Source: Octopus vulgaris
Lineage: Eukaryota
Direction of reading: 5' to 3'
DNA length: 64,000 nt
NCBI GenBank assembly: GCA_951406725.2
Contig: OX597826.1
Span: 41,230,001 to 41,294,000 of the forward strand
In this document: piece after piece, positions 51,441-62,480 of the stretch
How the letters are laid out: every line of letters begins with the position of its first letter
How positions within the stretch are numbered: position 1 is the first letter of the stretch
Program-made: the position numbers and the translations under genes
The notes under the pieces: generated by a model
Told to the model about the DNA's origin: nothing
The model's input: only the letters and a program-made list of their open reading frames with translations
The model's database searches: none

Positions 51441-51959
51441 TAGTATAGTCCCTATAATAACTACTCAACTGTGGTGAGTTACATGATCTAGGTTTTATTG
51501 CTATGTCCATTTCATTCTCATCATACTCTTCTTCCTTCCATCACCATCCCATCCCACCTGTTCTAGTCAGTATCCTCTCTCCATTTCCCCTGCAATCACA
51601 TACATACTCTCACCAACTGAGTACTCCATACACCTACATTTACTCCCCTATCCCCCACCTCCCTCATAATCCTTTCTGACAACATCGTTCCCTCTCTAAA
51701 TTTACATTTACTATATACAAAACACTTTCGCCCCACAGTTCACACAATGAAAACAGTTGGTTGAATAAGCTGAATGTGCAGGATTATGAGGTCCCTCTCA
51801 TTTTGGCTCACTGATATCTTTTTAGCCTTTCACAAGAAAAAGGGCACTGTATTTTGGACAACATAAGTAAGTAAAATCCCTAGCTGGCAATTGGAGGGGG
51901 AGACTGTCCTCTCAATCAATACGCTGCTGTGGGTTCCACTGGATGATGGACTCTGTTGG

Positions 51960-52200
51960 TGATGTTATTTTACACTTTCTGATCCATGGTGCTAGCCTTA
52001 GCATGCTTGAGGTCAAGGTGCTGTGACTCCAGGTCTTCTTCAATTTGTTTCACCCATGTCTTCTTTGGTGCACTGGATTCTCCTGTGTGTGGGTCACAGC
52101 CACCATAAAAGTTGGTGTGGTAGTCATCTGGTGCTCATCCTGCAGAAGCGGCCAGTGTAATCCCAGATAAGTGAAAAGATGGGTAAGTCACGGTTAGAAT
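51960..52200 (-). mobile_element. Decayed RTE-like ORF2 C-terminal remnant
   Basis: Minus-strand APKKTWVKQIEEDLESQHL resembles GRPKKTW...EDL. Confidence 0.45.
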
Positions 52201-52743
52201 GTCTTTTGATCTTCGGTCTGCTTAATAAGGGCTGACTCAAGATCAAACAGCTCAACCATTAAGCTTGAATTTTTTCTCCTTTAATTAACACAGCTGCATG
52301 ACATGTGGTAACAGCCTGACAAATGCACTATTACCTTAGAGGCCCTCTTTTAACTGTTGTTGTAGCTTAACCACACAATCAAGCAAATGTATGATCAAAG
52401 GCACTCCAGCCATGACCATCCCATTCTATTTTCAGGCACTGTGATTCTATGGCTAAGCATCCTTCCCACTTTAAAGACAGATGGACAAGGTTTAGCTGCT
52501 ATTCCCAGCAGGCTGTGCAAACGTGTATATTTTCTCAGTGGCTCATCTTTTCACTGTATAGAAAAGAATAAGCATTTGTTTTGTGCCACAACATAAATCA
52601 TTAGAACTGAGAGGTTGTAAGCCTCTCAATGAAAACTAATTTTGTGAATCAGTTAATACACTTCAGATTTATTTACATTGTACAGACTACACTCTCACCA
52701 AATTCTATATATATCCTCCATGAGAATGTATCAATGATTCCAA

Positions 52744-53282
52744 ATGTTGATGTACCCAAATATTGTGGGAGGACACTGGTATGTCAGTGTCCCCTAAATA
52801 TATCAGGGGGTGGACTCTGGTATGTCAATGTCTCCCAAATATAGCAGGGAGAACCCAGATATGCTGATGTCACCAAATGTTGCAGCGAAGACTAGTATGC
52901 CAGTGTCCCCAAATATAGTAAGGGGTATCCAGCTATGTTGATGTACCCCAAATATATATTTCTTTATTGCTCACAGGGGGCTAAACATAGAGGAGACAAA
53001 CAAGGACATATAAAAGGGACTAAGTCGATTACATTGACCATGGTGCATAACTGGTACTTATTCAATTGACCCCGAAAGGATGAAAGGCAGAGCTGACCTC
53101 GGTGGAATTTGAACTCAGAATGCAACAGCAGACGAAATACCACTAAGCATTTTGCCTGGCATTGTAATGATTCTACCTACTCACTGCCCTATGTACCCCA
53201 AATATAGCAGGGGTCTCTGGTATGTTGGTGTCTTCAAATATAACAGGGGCAGACTCTGGTATGTTGATGGCCCCAAATATAT
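52744..53282. repeat. ~38-bp degenerate minisatellite (8 units) interrupted by a SINE
   Basis: Unit ATGTTGATGTCCCCAAATATAGCAGGGG.ACTCTGGT starting at 52744, 52781, 52822, 52861, 52897, 52935, 53222 and 53261. Confidence 0.85.
52957..53190 (-). mobile_element. SINE family B inserted in the minisatellite
   Basis: Reverse complement of 51177-51407; TSD ATGTACCCCAAATATA at 52941-52956 and 53191-53206. Confidence 0.88.
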
Positions 53283-53290
53283 CAACTTAC

Positions 53291-53381
53291 GTTGTAGATC
53301 TTGCTGACTTGTTCTTTGCATCAAACTTCCACCAGGAGAGAGTTCTCCCAACACACTGAGAGCTAAATGAACTGGAAGAAC
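53291..53381 (-). CDS. GTF2H1: GTF2H1 exon (VLPVHLALSVLGELSPGGSLMQRTSQQDLQ)
   Basis: LSPGGxLMQ motif; phase 0 to 1. Confidence 0.93.
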
Positions 53382-53984
53382 CTGCAGAAAAGATATATTA
53401 GAATTTATATATAAAAAAAACAACCCCACATAAGAAAAACAAAAAAAAAAAACAAAAACAAAAAAACAAACAAAATACAGAATAAATATTTAGAAATTTA
53501 TTTGTAGTTTTAATTTGTTGGTGTATATACAGAATTAAAATCCATATCTTGATGATGATGATGATCATCATCATCAACAGTGTCATTAGACCTATTTACA
53601 CAATACCAACTGTTACGAGAAGCCCAGCTTTCAATTAACATGTTAACTACAGGTCATCTCATAATGCAAATCTATTGCTTTGTTTTAATCATTGTGAGTG
53701 TGAAAGAGATAGCAACGTCATTTGTTAACTCTTTCAATAGCAGCCTGCTTCTGACTTCCCAACAACATTTGACTTAAAAGACTGCATTGGCTAGATACAT
53801 CCTGAGATCTTTCTTGTAAAACCTTACTTAATAATTAGTGGCATGTACTATGAAATGATTTAAGTTATTGATATAATTGTAACTAACTTATTTAATAGCG
53901 TTTCCCATTGATGGATGTCTTTTCATATAAGTAAGCTATGAAATTCTTAGATTCTCTTGATTTCCTGTAACTCAGACCACCTCA

Positions 53985-54325
53985 TGGCCCCAGCAGACAA
54001 AAGGGAAAAGGTGTTGTCCTGAAGGATGGCAAGGGAGATGTACTGGAACAGTCACTCTGACTCATGGGGCTCACACTTGATAATAGCCATCTCTGCCCCA
54101 ATAGTGGTGAGCAGAGATATGGTCTGCGGACTGAGAATGCCAGAGGGTCTCCACCGCCACAGGCTTGACCGTAAACCTGTCAGAGAACAACTGACACTTT
54201 GACAGTCTGCTTTTCTTAGCCTGACTGGCAGCTGAACACACCAAACTGTTGCTGGAGAAGGTGCCAACATTTGAGGTCATCCATCCATTCCCACACAAAC
54301 TGCCGATACTAAATGTGTTCATATC
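53985..54325 (-). mobile_element. Decayed CRE-like non-LTR retrotransposon (RLE endonuclease C-terminus)
   Basis: Minus-strand ...VGTFS...SAASQAKKSRLSKCQLFSDRFTVKPVAVETL...SLAILQDNT resembles AAxxAExxKxxKY...FxPVAVETLG...SxAIQRGNA. Confidence 0.65.
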
Positions 54326-54592
54326 TGAATTTAAAATGCTGAGATGGTGTTACTTCCATTATTATAGTGTTAATCATATAAAAAGAACATTTCTTTTTGC
54401 ACATAACATTCTGAGATGATCTGGGATGTATTACTGATAGCTTGTACATAAATCTAAATGTATACATATGGTAGTGCAGTATCACTTGCATGTAAATCTG
54501 CATATAAAGGTGGCAGTAATCCTTGTAAGAAACACTGTCAAAGTTGATTTATTTTTTGAGAAATACTCAAGCAGGTACTCAAGAAGTTGATT

Positions 54593-54975
54593 CATCATCA
54601 TCATCATTTAGCGTCTGCTTTCCATGCTAGCATGGGTTGGATGGTTCAACTGGGGTCTGGGAAGCCAGAAGGCTGCACCAGGCCCAGTCTGATCTGGCAA
54701 TGTTTCTACGGCTGGATGCCCTTCCTAACGCCAACCACTCCGGGAGTGTAGTGGGTGCTTTTACGTGTCACTGGCACAGGTGCCAGACGAGGCTGGCAAA
54801 TGGCCACGATCGGATGGTGCATTTTACGTGCCACCAGCACGGAGGCCAGGCAAGGCTGTCAACGGCCACGATCGGATGGTGCTTTTTACGTACCACCGGC
54901 ATGAAGCAAGTTGGGGCAGCGCTGGCAACGGCCACGTTTGGATGGTTCTCTTATGTACCACCGGCTTTGGTATCA
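54593..54975 (-). mobile_element. RTE LINE 3' UTR with 3-4 hairpin units
   Basis: (CAT)n tail, conserved 3' motif, and repeated TTTTACGTG.CAC...GCCAG...CTGGC...CCACG units. Confidence 0.9.
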
Positions 54976-55043
54976 CAGCTGCAATTTCCATTGATGTTGA
55001 TCGATTTTGATTTTGATTTTTTGATAAATGTTCAAAGCAGTAC

Positions 55044-55250
55044 CTGAGACAAAGCTGGTAACCAATGAGGCAATTTCTGGTGAACCATCTGAGCTGCCTG
55101 AACGACATTGTCATTGGTTGAATATAGAGATGCTGATATAGGTGTTGGCCCATGCAGATAGCGCTCCATTTTTGTCAAACTTAATGAAGTTGCAGATGAG
55201 CTAATGTCTTCCTCAAGGTCTGTGTAGTGAATCTTCTCCATGATTCGAGC
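55044..55250 (-). CDS. GTF2H1: GTF2H1 exon (ARIMEKIHYTDL...ERYLHGPTP...LSQ)
   Basis: RYxHGPTP motif; 207 nt, phase 0-0. Confidence 0.93.
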
Positions 55251-55849
55251 CTGAAAATAACAAATGAAAGGTTACAAAAAGATTCAACATATGCAAACCT
55301 GGACATTTAAAAAGACAGGGTGGTTACAGCAGGCCTGTGGCTAAACAGCAACATACAGACTAGAAGTTACATGTCCGATTTACTTTATAGATTAGAGATG
55401 AAGATTATAACTTGAAATTTCAGTAATTTAAACCTAGAGATTAACAAAACAATTGACAGTAGGATGTTGATTAGAAAATATGGCTTCTGAGTGGCAAATT
55501 TCTGAAGAGGAATGGTCCCAAAAGCACTAATTCAATGAGGCATCTGGATCAATTAAGAAGACATAAGCAAAAGTATTTAATTAGAGGCATTAAATGAAGA
55601 CATTCTTATGGTACAATGGATCTGTTTTATTGTTTCTTTTTTTAAAATTTCCATGGCATTACACTAGGACCTGTTGTGGTGAGCAATGCTATAGAAGGTA
55701 ATAACACTGGAGTGGTGAGGTGTAGAACTAAGGATTCAGTGAATTAAAAAAAAAATGGGGTTCACTAGTTTTGAAGTAGCCATCTCTTTCTACTCCATTA
55801 AATTCACCATTATATGCACATGTATACTATGTGTGAAAGTATCTTCAGC

Positions 55850-56940
55850 CAGTTCAAACCAACAACACCACACTGGTTCTACTGCGTCACACTGTTACCT
55901 CAGAGCTAGCCCATATCCTAGCCAAGTTCTTCAAGTTCTGTCTCTCTCTTGGAATAACCTGATCCCTGGAAACATGCTACTGTGTGCACCATTCTCAAGA
56001 AGTGCAACACTTGTGACCCTGCCAGATACTGTCCTCATTCCAATATCTCAAAGGTGACAGCCATTAACAACTGCCTCCAATACTTTGAATTTTTCCCTCT
56101 CCTTAATGCCCGTCATTCTAGCCAAATCTTCTTCAGTCCTACTTTTCTATATGAATCACATGTGTTCTCTCACTCTCAAGAATTTCAGTGACGCCAATCT
56201 TGCCTTTGATATCAACATAACTTTTGACCATTTGGCATGCAACCCTGCTGGCAAAACTGTTTACCTATTAGTTCCATCTACCTATCCTATCAGATCACAC
56301 TATTGAGGCATGTGTTGAATGAGTTCTCTGAGACTCTCATTCTGTCACCTCTGGTGTGCTCCAGGGTTCGGATTTCCCTTTACACTCTTCCTCCTAGACA
56401 AGCTACAAACTGTGAGCTCCAACAATGCCTATCTCTATGTGGATGATATGTCCCTTCATTCCTCTCTTACCTTATACATTCAAACAACATCCACACCAAA
56501 TCGGCACTACCTCCATAAACAGATATCTCAGAAATATCATTCTTCAACAGGCATGCCAAACTTGTCTCTTTCTACAACTAAAAGGCCTCACCCATCACTG
56601 GGGATCTCTACTGGTGGACACACACATCCTTAATACTGCAAACAAGACTGTACCAGAAAGACTTGCCTACTTCATCAACAACTAATTCTCTTCAAAACCC
56701 AGATGAACCCTACAATAGAGTATTGTTCCCACATCTGGGACAGGGTTGCTGTTGCTATGCATGCAAACATCCAAAGAAAGGTCACATGACTGATCGGCAT
56801 GAAGTCACTCACACCTTATCTCCTCTCTCCCACTACCACAAAAGTATTTTTAGCTCATTCATCTCTCCTCCTCCCCTTACTCATATTATAGTCATTCCCA
56901 TCCAAGAACTACACTAAGTCCTTCTGCCCCTGAACATGGT
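55850..56940 (+). mobile_element. Decayed CR1/Jockey-group LINE reverse transcriptase
   Basis: LAFDINITFD (DISKAFD-like), WHATLLAKL, SGVLQGS (GVPQGS-like) and YLYVDDMSL (YADD-like) occur in order across frameshifts. Confidence 0.75.
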
Positions 56941-57862
56941 TGCTTTGAATACCTCTGAACAACCACATTGAATCTTGTTGGTCACAGATAGCCTGAGGAG
57001 GTCAAAGGGGTTAGTGTTAGAGTGAGTCTGAGGTAGTGGAGAGCACACCAGAAAGAGCCTGAATAGGCTATGGGCACATAGTCTTCCATACCATCATAAG
57101 AAACGGGCAAGGCACATTGAATTATATAGTCCTAGATACATTGTATTGGAAATATCCTGTGACAGTAATATGGAGCTTTGTAACCAAGAAGTAAATTGTC
57201 AGTAAAACTAAAATTCTAAGACCTGAACTGCTTTCTAAGTTGAAAACAGTTTACTTCACAACTGCTGTTAATGTCCTCGAAAATGAGTATAAATGTCACT
57301 ATATCTCATTTCTTTTACTAAGTCAATGAGGGTGGCTGTACATAGTTACTCAATTTTCTGGCAATAGTAAGGAGACTTACTCCATACTGTCTTAAAAAAG
57401 GAAGGACACACTGTTTGAAAGTAGATGTTGTCAAATATAATAAGTCATTATCTGAAGGAAACTGAAGCAAGCAGAATGGTAAACACAGTATAAAATCAGT
57501 TGTATGGAGTTGAAAACAATTGGAAAGTGAATGAATGAAAAAAAAAAGTTGGTCTATCCTTGAAACTCTTATCACCTTTTGTCAATGATGAAAGTGTTAT
57601 CCACTTTTAACAAATACGTAAATATACACAATGGTCCAATATATTGGACTACAAACACCTCATTTGTGTGTCCAACTCTGCTGCAGTCAGTTTAGTGTTT
57701 ATAAGCTGGATCCTTTATACTACTTCCCTTCATCTGATTTGCAGGGAATAGGTACCAGACCATCTGGTGATGTTATGTATGAAAGACTAATATCATATTC
57801 AGAGCTAAATGTTAACTGTCTTGGCTGTTGCAGTATTAAGAGGTAATTCCATAGAAGCATAC

Positions 57863-58105
57863 CTTCTTTTCAGTTGGCTGGTCACTAGCTTCAGAAGGGT
57901 TCGGTTTTGATTTCGTGGCAGTTTGGTCACTGCCATTAAGGCTGGTTGAAGAGACATCACCAGAAGCATTGGCTGCTGCTGCCTCCCGGCTTTGTGCTTG
58001 GCAAGTTTTGAGCACCATTGTGGAATGGTAGTTAAAGCGTCGTATTATTGAAAGATTAGCCAGATTTGTGCTGGTCTGCCTCTCCTCATTCATGGCACCA
58101 TAACC
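57863..58105 (-). CDS. GTF2H1: GTF2H1 exon (GYGAM...IIRRFNYHSTMVL...TEKK)
   Basis: Homologous to IIKRFNHHSAMVL; 243 nt, phase 0-0. Confidence 0.93.
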
Positions 58106-58510
58106 CTAGAAGCAAATGAAGTCACATGAAACAGAAACAAAAGGATTATGTTCACAGGCCATTTTAATTCTCAATTAGTTTAATAAATATAATTGATGTA
58201 AAATGTTACAATTGATCTAAATCATTACAAATAAAATGAAATTTTTCTACATGGTTGTGTGGGTAAGAAGTTTGCTACCCAATTATGTGATGCCAGGTTT
58301 GACCCAACTGTAGAACATCTTGAGTATCAAGACTAATTGTTTGGCATCAGAGATGGGTTGAAGAATGTAGTTAACTGAACTGACTCTCATTAAATTTGTT
58401 CGTTCATTTAAGATTTGTGTTTCCGGTATGGAGTCAGTGTGTGTGTGGTATTGGAAGAAGGAGGTTAAAGATGTATCTTGTTGCCAACCCTTGTATTTTC
58501 TTATTATTAT

Positions 58511-58701
58511 TGCCGGTGGCACGAAAAAAGCACCCACTACACTCACGGAGTGGTTGGCGTTAGGAAGGGGCATCCAGTCGTAGAAACATTGCTAGATCAG
58601 ACTGGGCCTGGTGCAGCCTTCTGGCTTCCCAGTCCCCAGTTGAACCGTCCAACCCATGCTAGCATGGAAAGCGGATGCTAAACGATGATGATGATGATGA
58701 T
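58511..58701 (+). mobile_element. RTE LINE 3' tail
   Basis: Near-exact reverse complement of 54593-54775. Confidence 0.9.
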
Positions 58702-58976
58702 GGTGTTCAAGAGAGCACAGAGTAGCTAGTCAATGTCAAGGAATGCAAACATCATTTCACCACCAAATTCACTCACTAGTTGGCCAGAAGCTATTGTGGG
58801 TGACACCTGACTGAGGTCTCGAACAGTGGAACTGAACAATTAACCTTGGTAGGACAAAAAGTTCAAATCCATCTGCATTTGAACTCAGAATGTAAGGGTA
58901 ATTAAATAGTGCAAAGCATTTTAGTCTACTGCTTCAACTACTTCTACTACTGATAGAGATGACAGTAACAACTTAC

Positions 58977-59056
58977 CTCTCCCAAGGATGTATCTTTGAT
59001 CTGAGTTAAATCCAAGAACGGATTGCACACATTACGATCTATGTCTTGTTTGATCT
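58977..59056 (-). CDS. GTF2H1: GTF2H1 exon (EIKQDIDRNVCNPFLDLTQIKDTSLGE)
   Basis: NPxLDLT motif; phase 1 to 0; GTAAGT donor. Confidence 0.88.
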
Positions 59057-60265
59057 CTGGAAAAAAAAAAAAAAAGGAACATTAATTTCCATCATTAGAA
59101 TGTTTTTTTGTCACAGTGTGAGTTGTTATTCCAGTTGGTGTGTTGCTCTGTTTCTCACTGGAGACCTTTCCTTGTTAACTAACATACAAAGGGCCCCTTT
59201 GCTCACCAACAATACGTGAAATTTGAACCCAGACAACAAAGAATCGCAATGGATACTGCAAGGTGTTTTGTCTAATGCTCAGCAATTCAATCATTGTGCC
59301 CTCCTGGACTGGTCTTTTATTTATTGATCCCCAAACAGATAAAAGTCAAAGTTGACCTTGGTTGGATTTGAACTTGGAATACAGAGAGGTGGAATAAATA
59401 TTGCAAGACAGCATATCCATCACTCTAACAACTCCACTAATCATCACCACTTTCACTGATATCTAAATGAACAGAAACAATAACTTCATTTAATAAAGCA
59501 TGCAGCTATTTTAGCTGTTAGTCCACAACAGGTATAGCCAAAAGGCATGAACTTCAATAAATCACTGGTATTTAATGAGCCCATTTCTACAAATTCACCC
59601 GACCTGTTAGAAATAGCAACCAAATCTCTACTTTGGTTTCATAATATCTGCTCCATTTTCTTAAGCAAATGAAAAGTATGAAAGTTATAAAGATGTCTGG
59701 CAGAAAAAAATACAGAAAATGCCTTCATAATTTGGCTGAATCACATAAATTGACAAGAGATTCTAGTGAAGATTTTGTCCTTGTGTAGTATATTTGGGAC
59801 CAAAGGATCCCTGGTAAGGTGTATCACTCTTGCCAGTTGCTTATGGTGCTAGTTGAAGATAGAACTATAATCTAATGGATGATACATTCATAATGTAAAA
59901 CAGGGTTCCAGCTGCTTCTTGTCAATCTGTAACTACAGTCAGGAACTTATTTACAGTTAGGTACAAAAAGGGATTTAGTAGAAGATTCTAATGATCCAAG
60001 TGGTACTGTTCCATAATTGGAAACTGAGTTTTGGGATTTGTTTGTGCAACAATGGTCTTGATAACCACATGATTTCAGGTTTGATCCCATTGTTTGAGGT
60101 CTTGGGTAAGTGTCATCTACTTCCTGCCTTCATCTGATCAATGGATACCAGTAGAAAAAGATAACTTTGTCGTTCAACAAAGAGGATGGTAAAATAAGTA
60201 CTTGGCTTTATGAAAATAAGAACAAAATTCAAAGGTAGGCCCTGCTTGGCCACCAGCCAATGATT

Positions 60266-60503
60266 AATATATTTCTTTACTGCCCACAAGGGGCTACACA
60301 CAGAGGGGACAAACAAGGACAGACAAAGGGATTAAGTCGATTACATCGACCCCAGTTGGAAACTGGTACTTTATTTATTGCCCCCGAAAGGATGAAAGGC
60401 AAAGTCGACCTTGGCGGAATTTGAACTCAGAACGTAACGACAGATGAAATACGGCTACGCATTTCGTCCGGCGTGTTAACGTTTCTGCCAGCTCGCCGCC
60501 TTT
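60266..60503 (-). mobile_element. SINE family B, young copy
   Basis: TSD AGCCAATGATT at 60255-60265 and 60504-60514; CpGs intact. Confidence 0.9.
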
Positions 60504-60669
60504 AGCCAATGATTTATAGTAAAAAAAGTAAAAGAGAAAATTCTTTTCATTTCTTGTACTTGAACTGCAATATAATTATTTGCAACAATGTTGCAAATGA
60601 TAGACAACAGTCATCTCAAGTAAAACCATTTGCATGTATAGTTTACCATAGTTTACAAATATGACTTAC

Positions 60670-60819
60670 CGTCTTCATCATTTTTAGCACATTCTGAGAA
60701 CATATCTTTGTTACCAATATTGATGCGATCACGGTGAAAATAATGGGATTGAAAAAACTTGGTCCAAAATTCATTTTCTGAACTTTTGTGAGGAACATTT
60801 TCTGCATGCTTCTTCTTAA
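60670..60819 (-). CDS. GTF2H1: GTF2H1 exon, BSD2 domain ([27 protein letters not shown])
   Basis: [16 protein letters not shown] signature; phase 1-1. Confidence 0.96.
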
Positions 60820-61149
60820 CTGAAAATAAAATATTTAAAAGGTTTAATTTCCTCACCGAAATGTTGTTAGTGTGTTAAGGGTTCTCTCTACATACACAAA
60901 CACAGCATTACATGCATGAGTCGATGCAGGGCTGAGTGATAAGTTCCCTTTGCTGTCATATGGTTCTGTGTTGGTTTTCATTGCATGGCAACCTTTGGCA
61001 AGAATCTTCTACCATAGCCTTGAGTTGGCCAAAGCTTTCTGAGTGAAATCGGGTAGATAGAAACACCACAGAAATTCTGCATATATTTAGCAATCTGTAC
61101 AGCTACTCCACCTCTTTCTTTCACTTTGTCTCAGCCATAAAAGTATATA

Positions 61150-61390
61150 TTCTTTTATTTGTTTCAGTTATTTGACTGCGGCCATGCTGGCACACTGCCT
61201 TTAGTCGCATGAATCGACCCCAGGACTTATTCTTTTTAAGCTTAGTACTTATTCTATCGGTCCCATTTTACCAAACTGGTAAGTTATGGGGTCATAAACA
61301 CACCAACATTGGTGGTCAAGCAATGGTAGGGAACAAACACACACACACACATATATATATATATATGTATATACATACATATCTGTATGC

Positions 61391-61433
<43 letters not shown>

Positions 61434-61585
61434 TATGTATATACATGACAGGCTACTTTCAGTTTCCGTCTACCAAATCTACTCACAAGGCTTTGGTCAG
61501 CCCGAAGTTATAGTAGAAGACACTTGCCCAAGTTGCTACGCAGTGGAACTGAACCCGGAACCTACCACACAGCCACTCCTGTGCC
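61150..61585 (-). mobile_element. SINE family A with expanded internal (TA)n and a deletion in the head
   Basis: Aligns with 42519-42892. Confidence 0.85.
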
Positions 61586-61673
61586 TATATATAAATACAC
61601 ACACACACACACACACACACATGTATATCAAATGAAAATACACAAATAAATAACCAAAGAGCAGTTCGCTTAC

Positions 61674-61767
61674 CCATTGGATAAGTCTTAAAAATTGATT
61701 CTATAACATCTGGTGTAAGGTTGTATCTGAGTCCATTACATCCGTCAGTCTGTGGTTTGATATCTGC
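61674..61767 (-). CDS. GTF2H1: GTF2H1 exon ([31 protein letters not shown])
   Basis: [14 protein letters not shown] as in p62; phase 0 to 1. Confidence 0.96.
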
Positions 61768-62230
61768 CTGGAAACAGAGACAGAGAAAGAAAATTGTGTA
61801 TAAATAAATGTATGTATGCATGCATGCAACCATATTTTACTCAAATCACCAAAAGTATTTAATAAAAATACACACAGATAAATATAATATACATTTAATA
61901 CACAATTTTCCCTAGTCACAGGAGTATGGTCATGTTTGGGACTAAGTGACCAGAAGTAAGTTATAGTTACGTCCAAGCAAACAGATGCAAAATGGAAACT
62001 TAAATCAGTATAATTATGCCACAATTCTCTATAATAGTGATAATACATTAAACATTTATTACATTTAATTAAAATGCATTAAAAATATAAATTTTGTTGC
62101 CCACATAAGGGATCATATTGAACAATGTCCGACTCAATAAAGAAAAATTTTGCTTTTAATTTATAGTATGAATGTATGTGTTTATATATGTCTGTAAATA
62201 AACATATATATGTATATATAAGATACTTAC

Positions 62231-62290
62231 TAAAAAAGCAGCAGAAACACCAACAGTTTGATTCTTATCATTATTAGAATTAGAAAATTT
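62231..62290 (-). CDS. GTF2H1: GTF2H1 exon (KFSNSNNDKNQTVGVSAAFL); upstream PH/BSD1 exons lie beyond the window
   Basis: QxVGxSAAFL motif; tttcag acceptor and GTAAGT donor; phase 0-0. Confidence 0.9.
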
Positions 62291-62480
62291 CTGAAAAAGA
62301 ATTTCAAAATAGAAAAATATTGTAGTAAAAAGTCGTCCATTCCAAAAGGTTTTACTATAAACTCTCACAGAAATCATAAACAACTTCTTGTTTACTCAAA
62401 ACATATTTTATTGAACGTTAAATTCAACTTTCGTAGTCTGCTTTAGAAGCATTATCCTGCGTTTGAGAATAAATTTCCTT

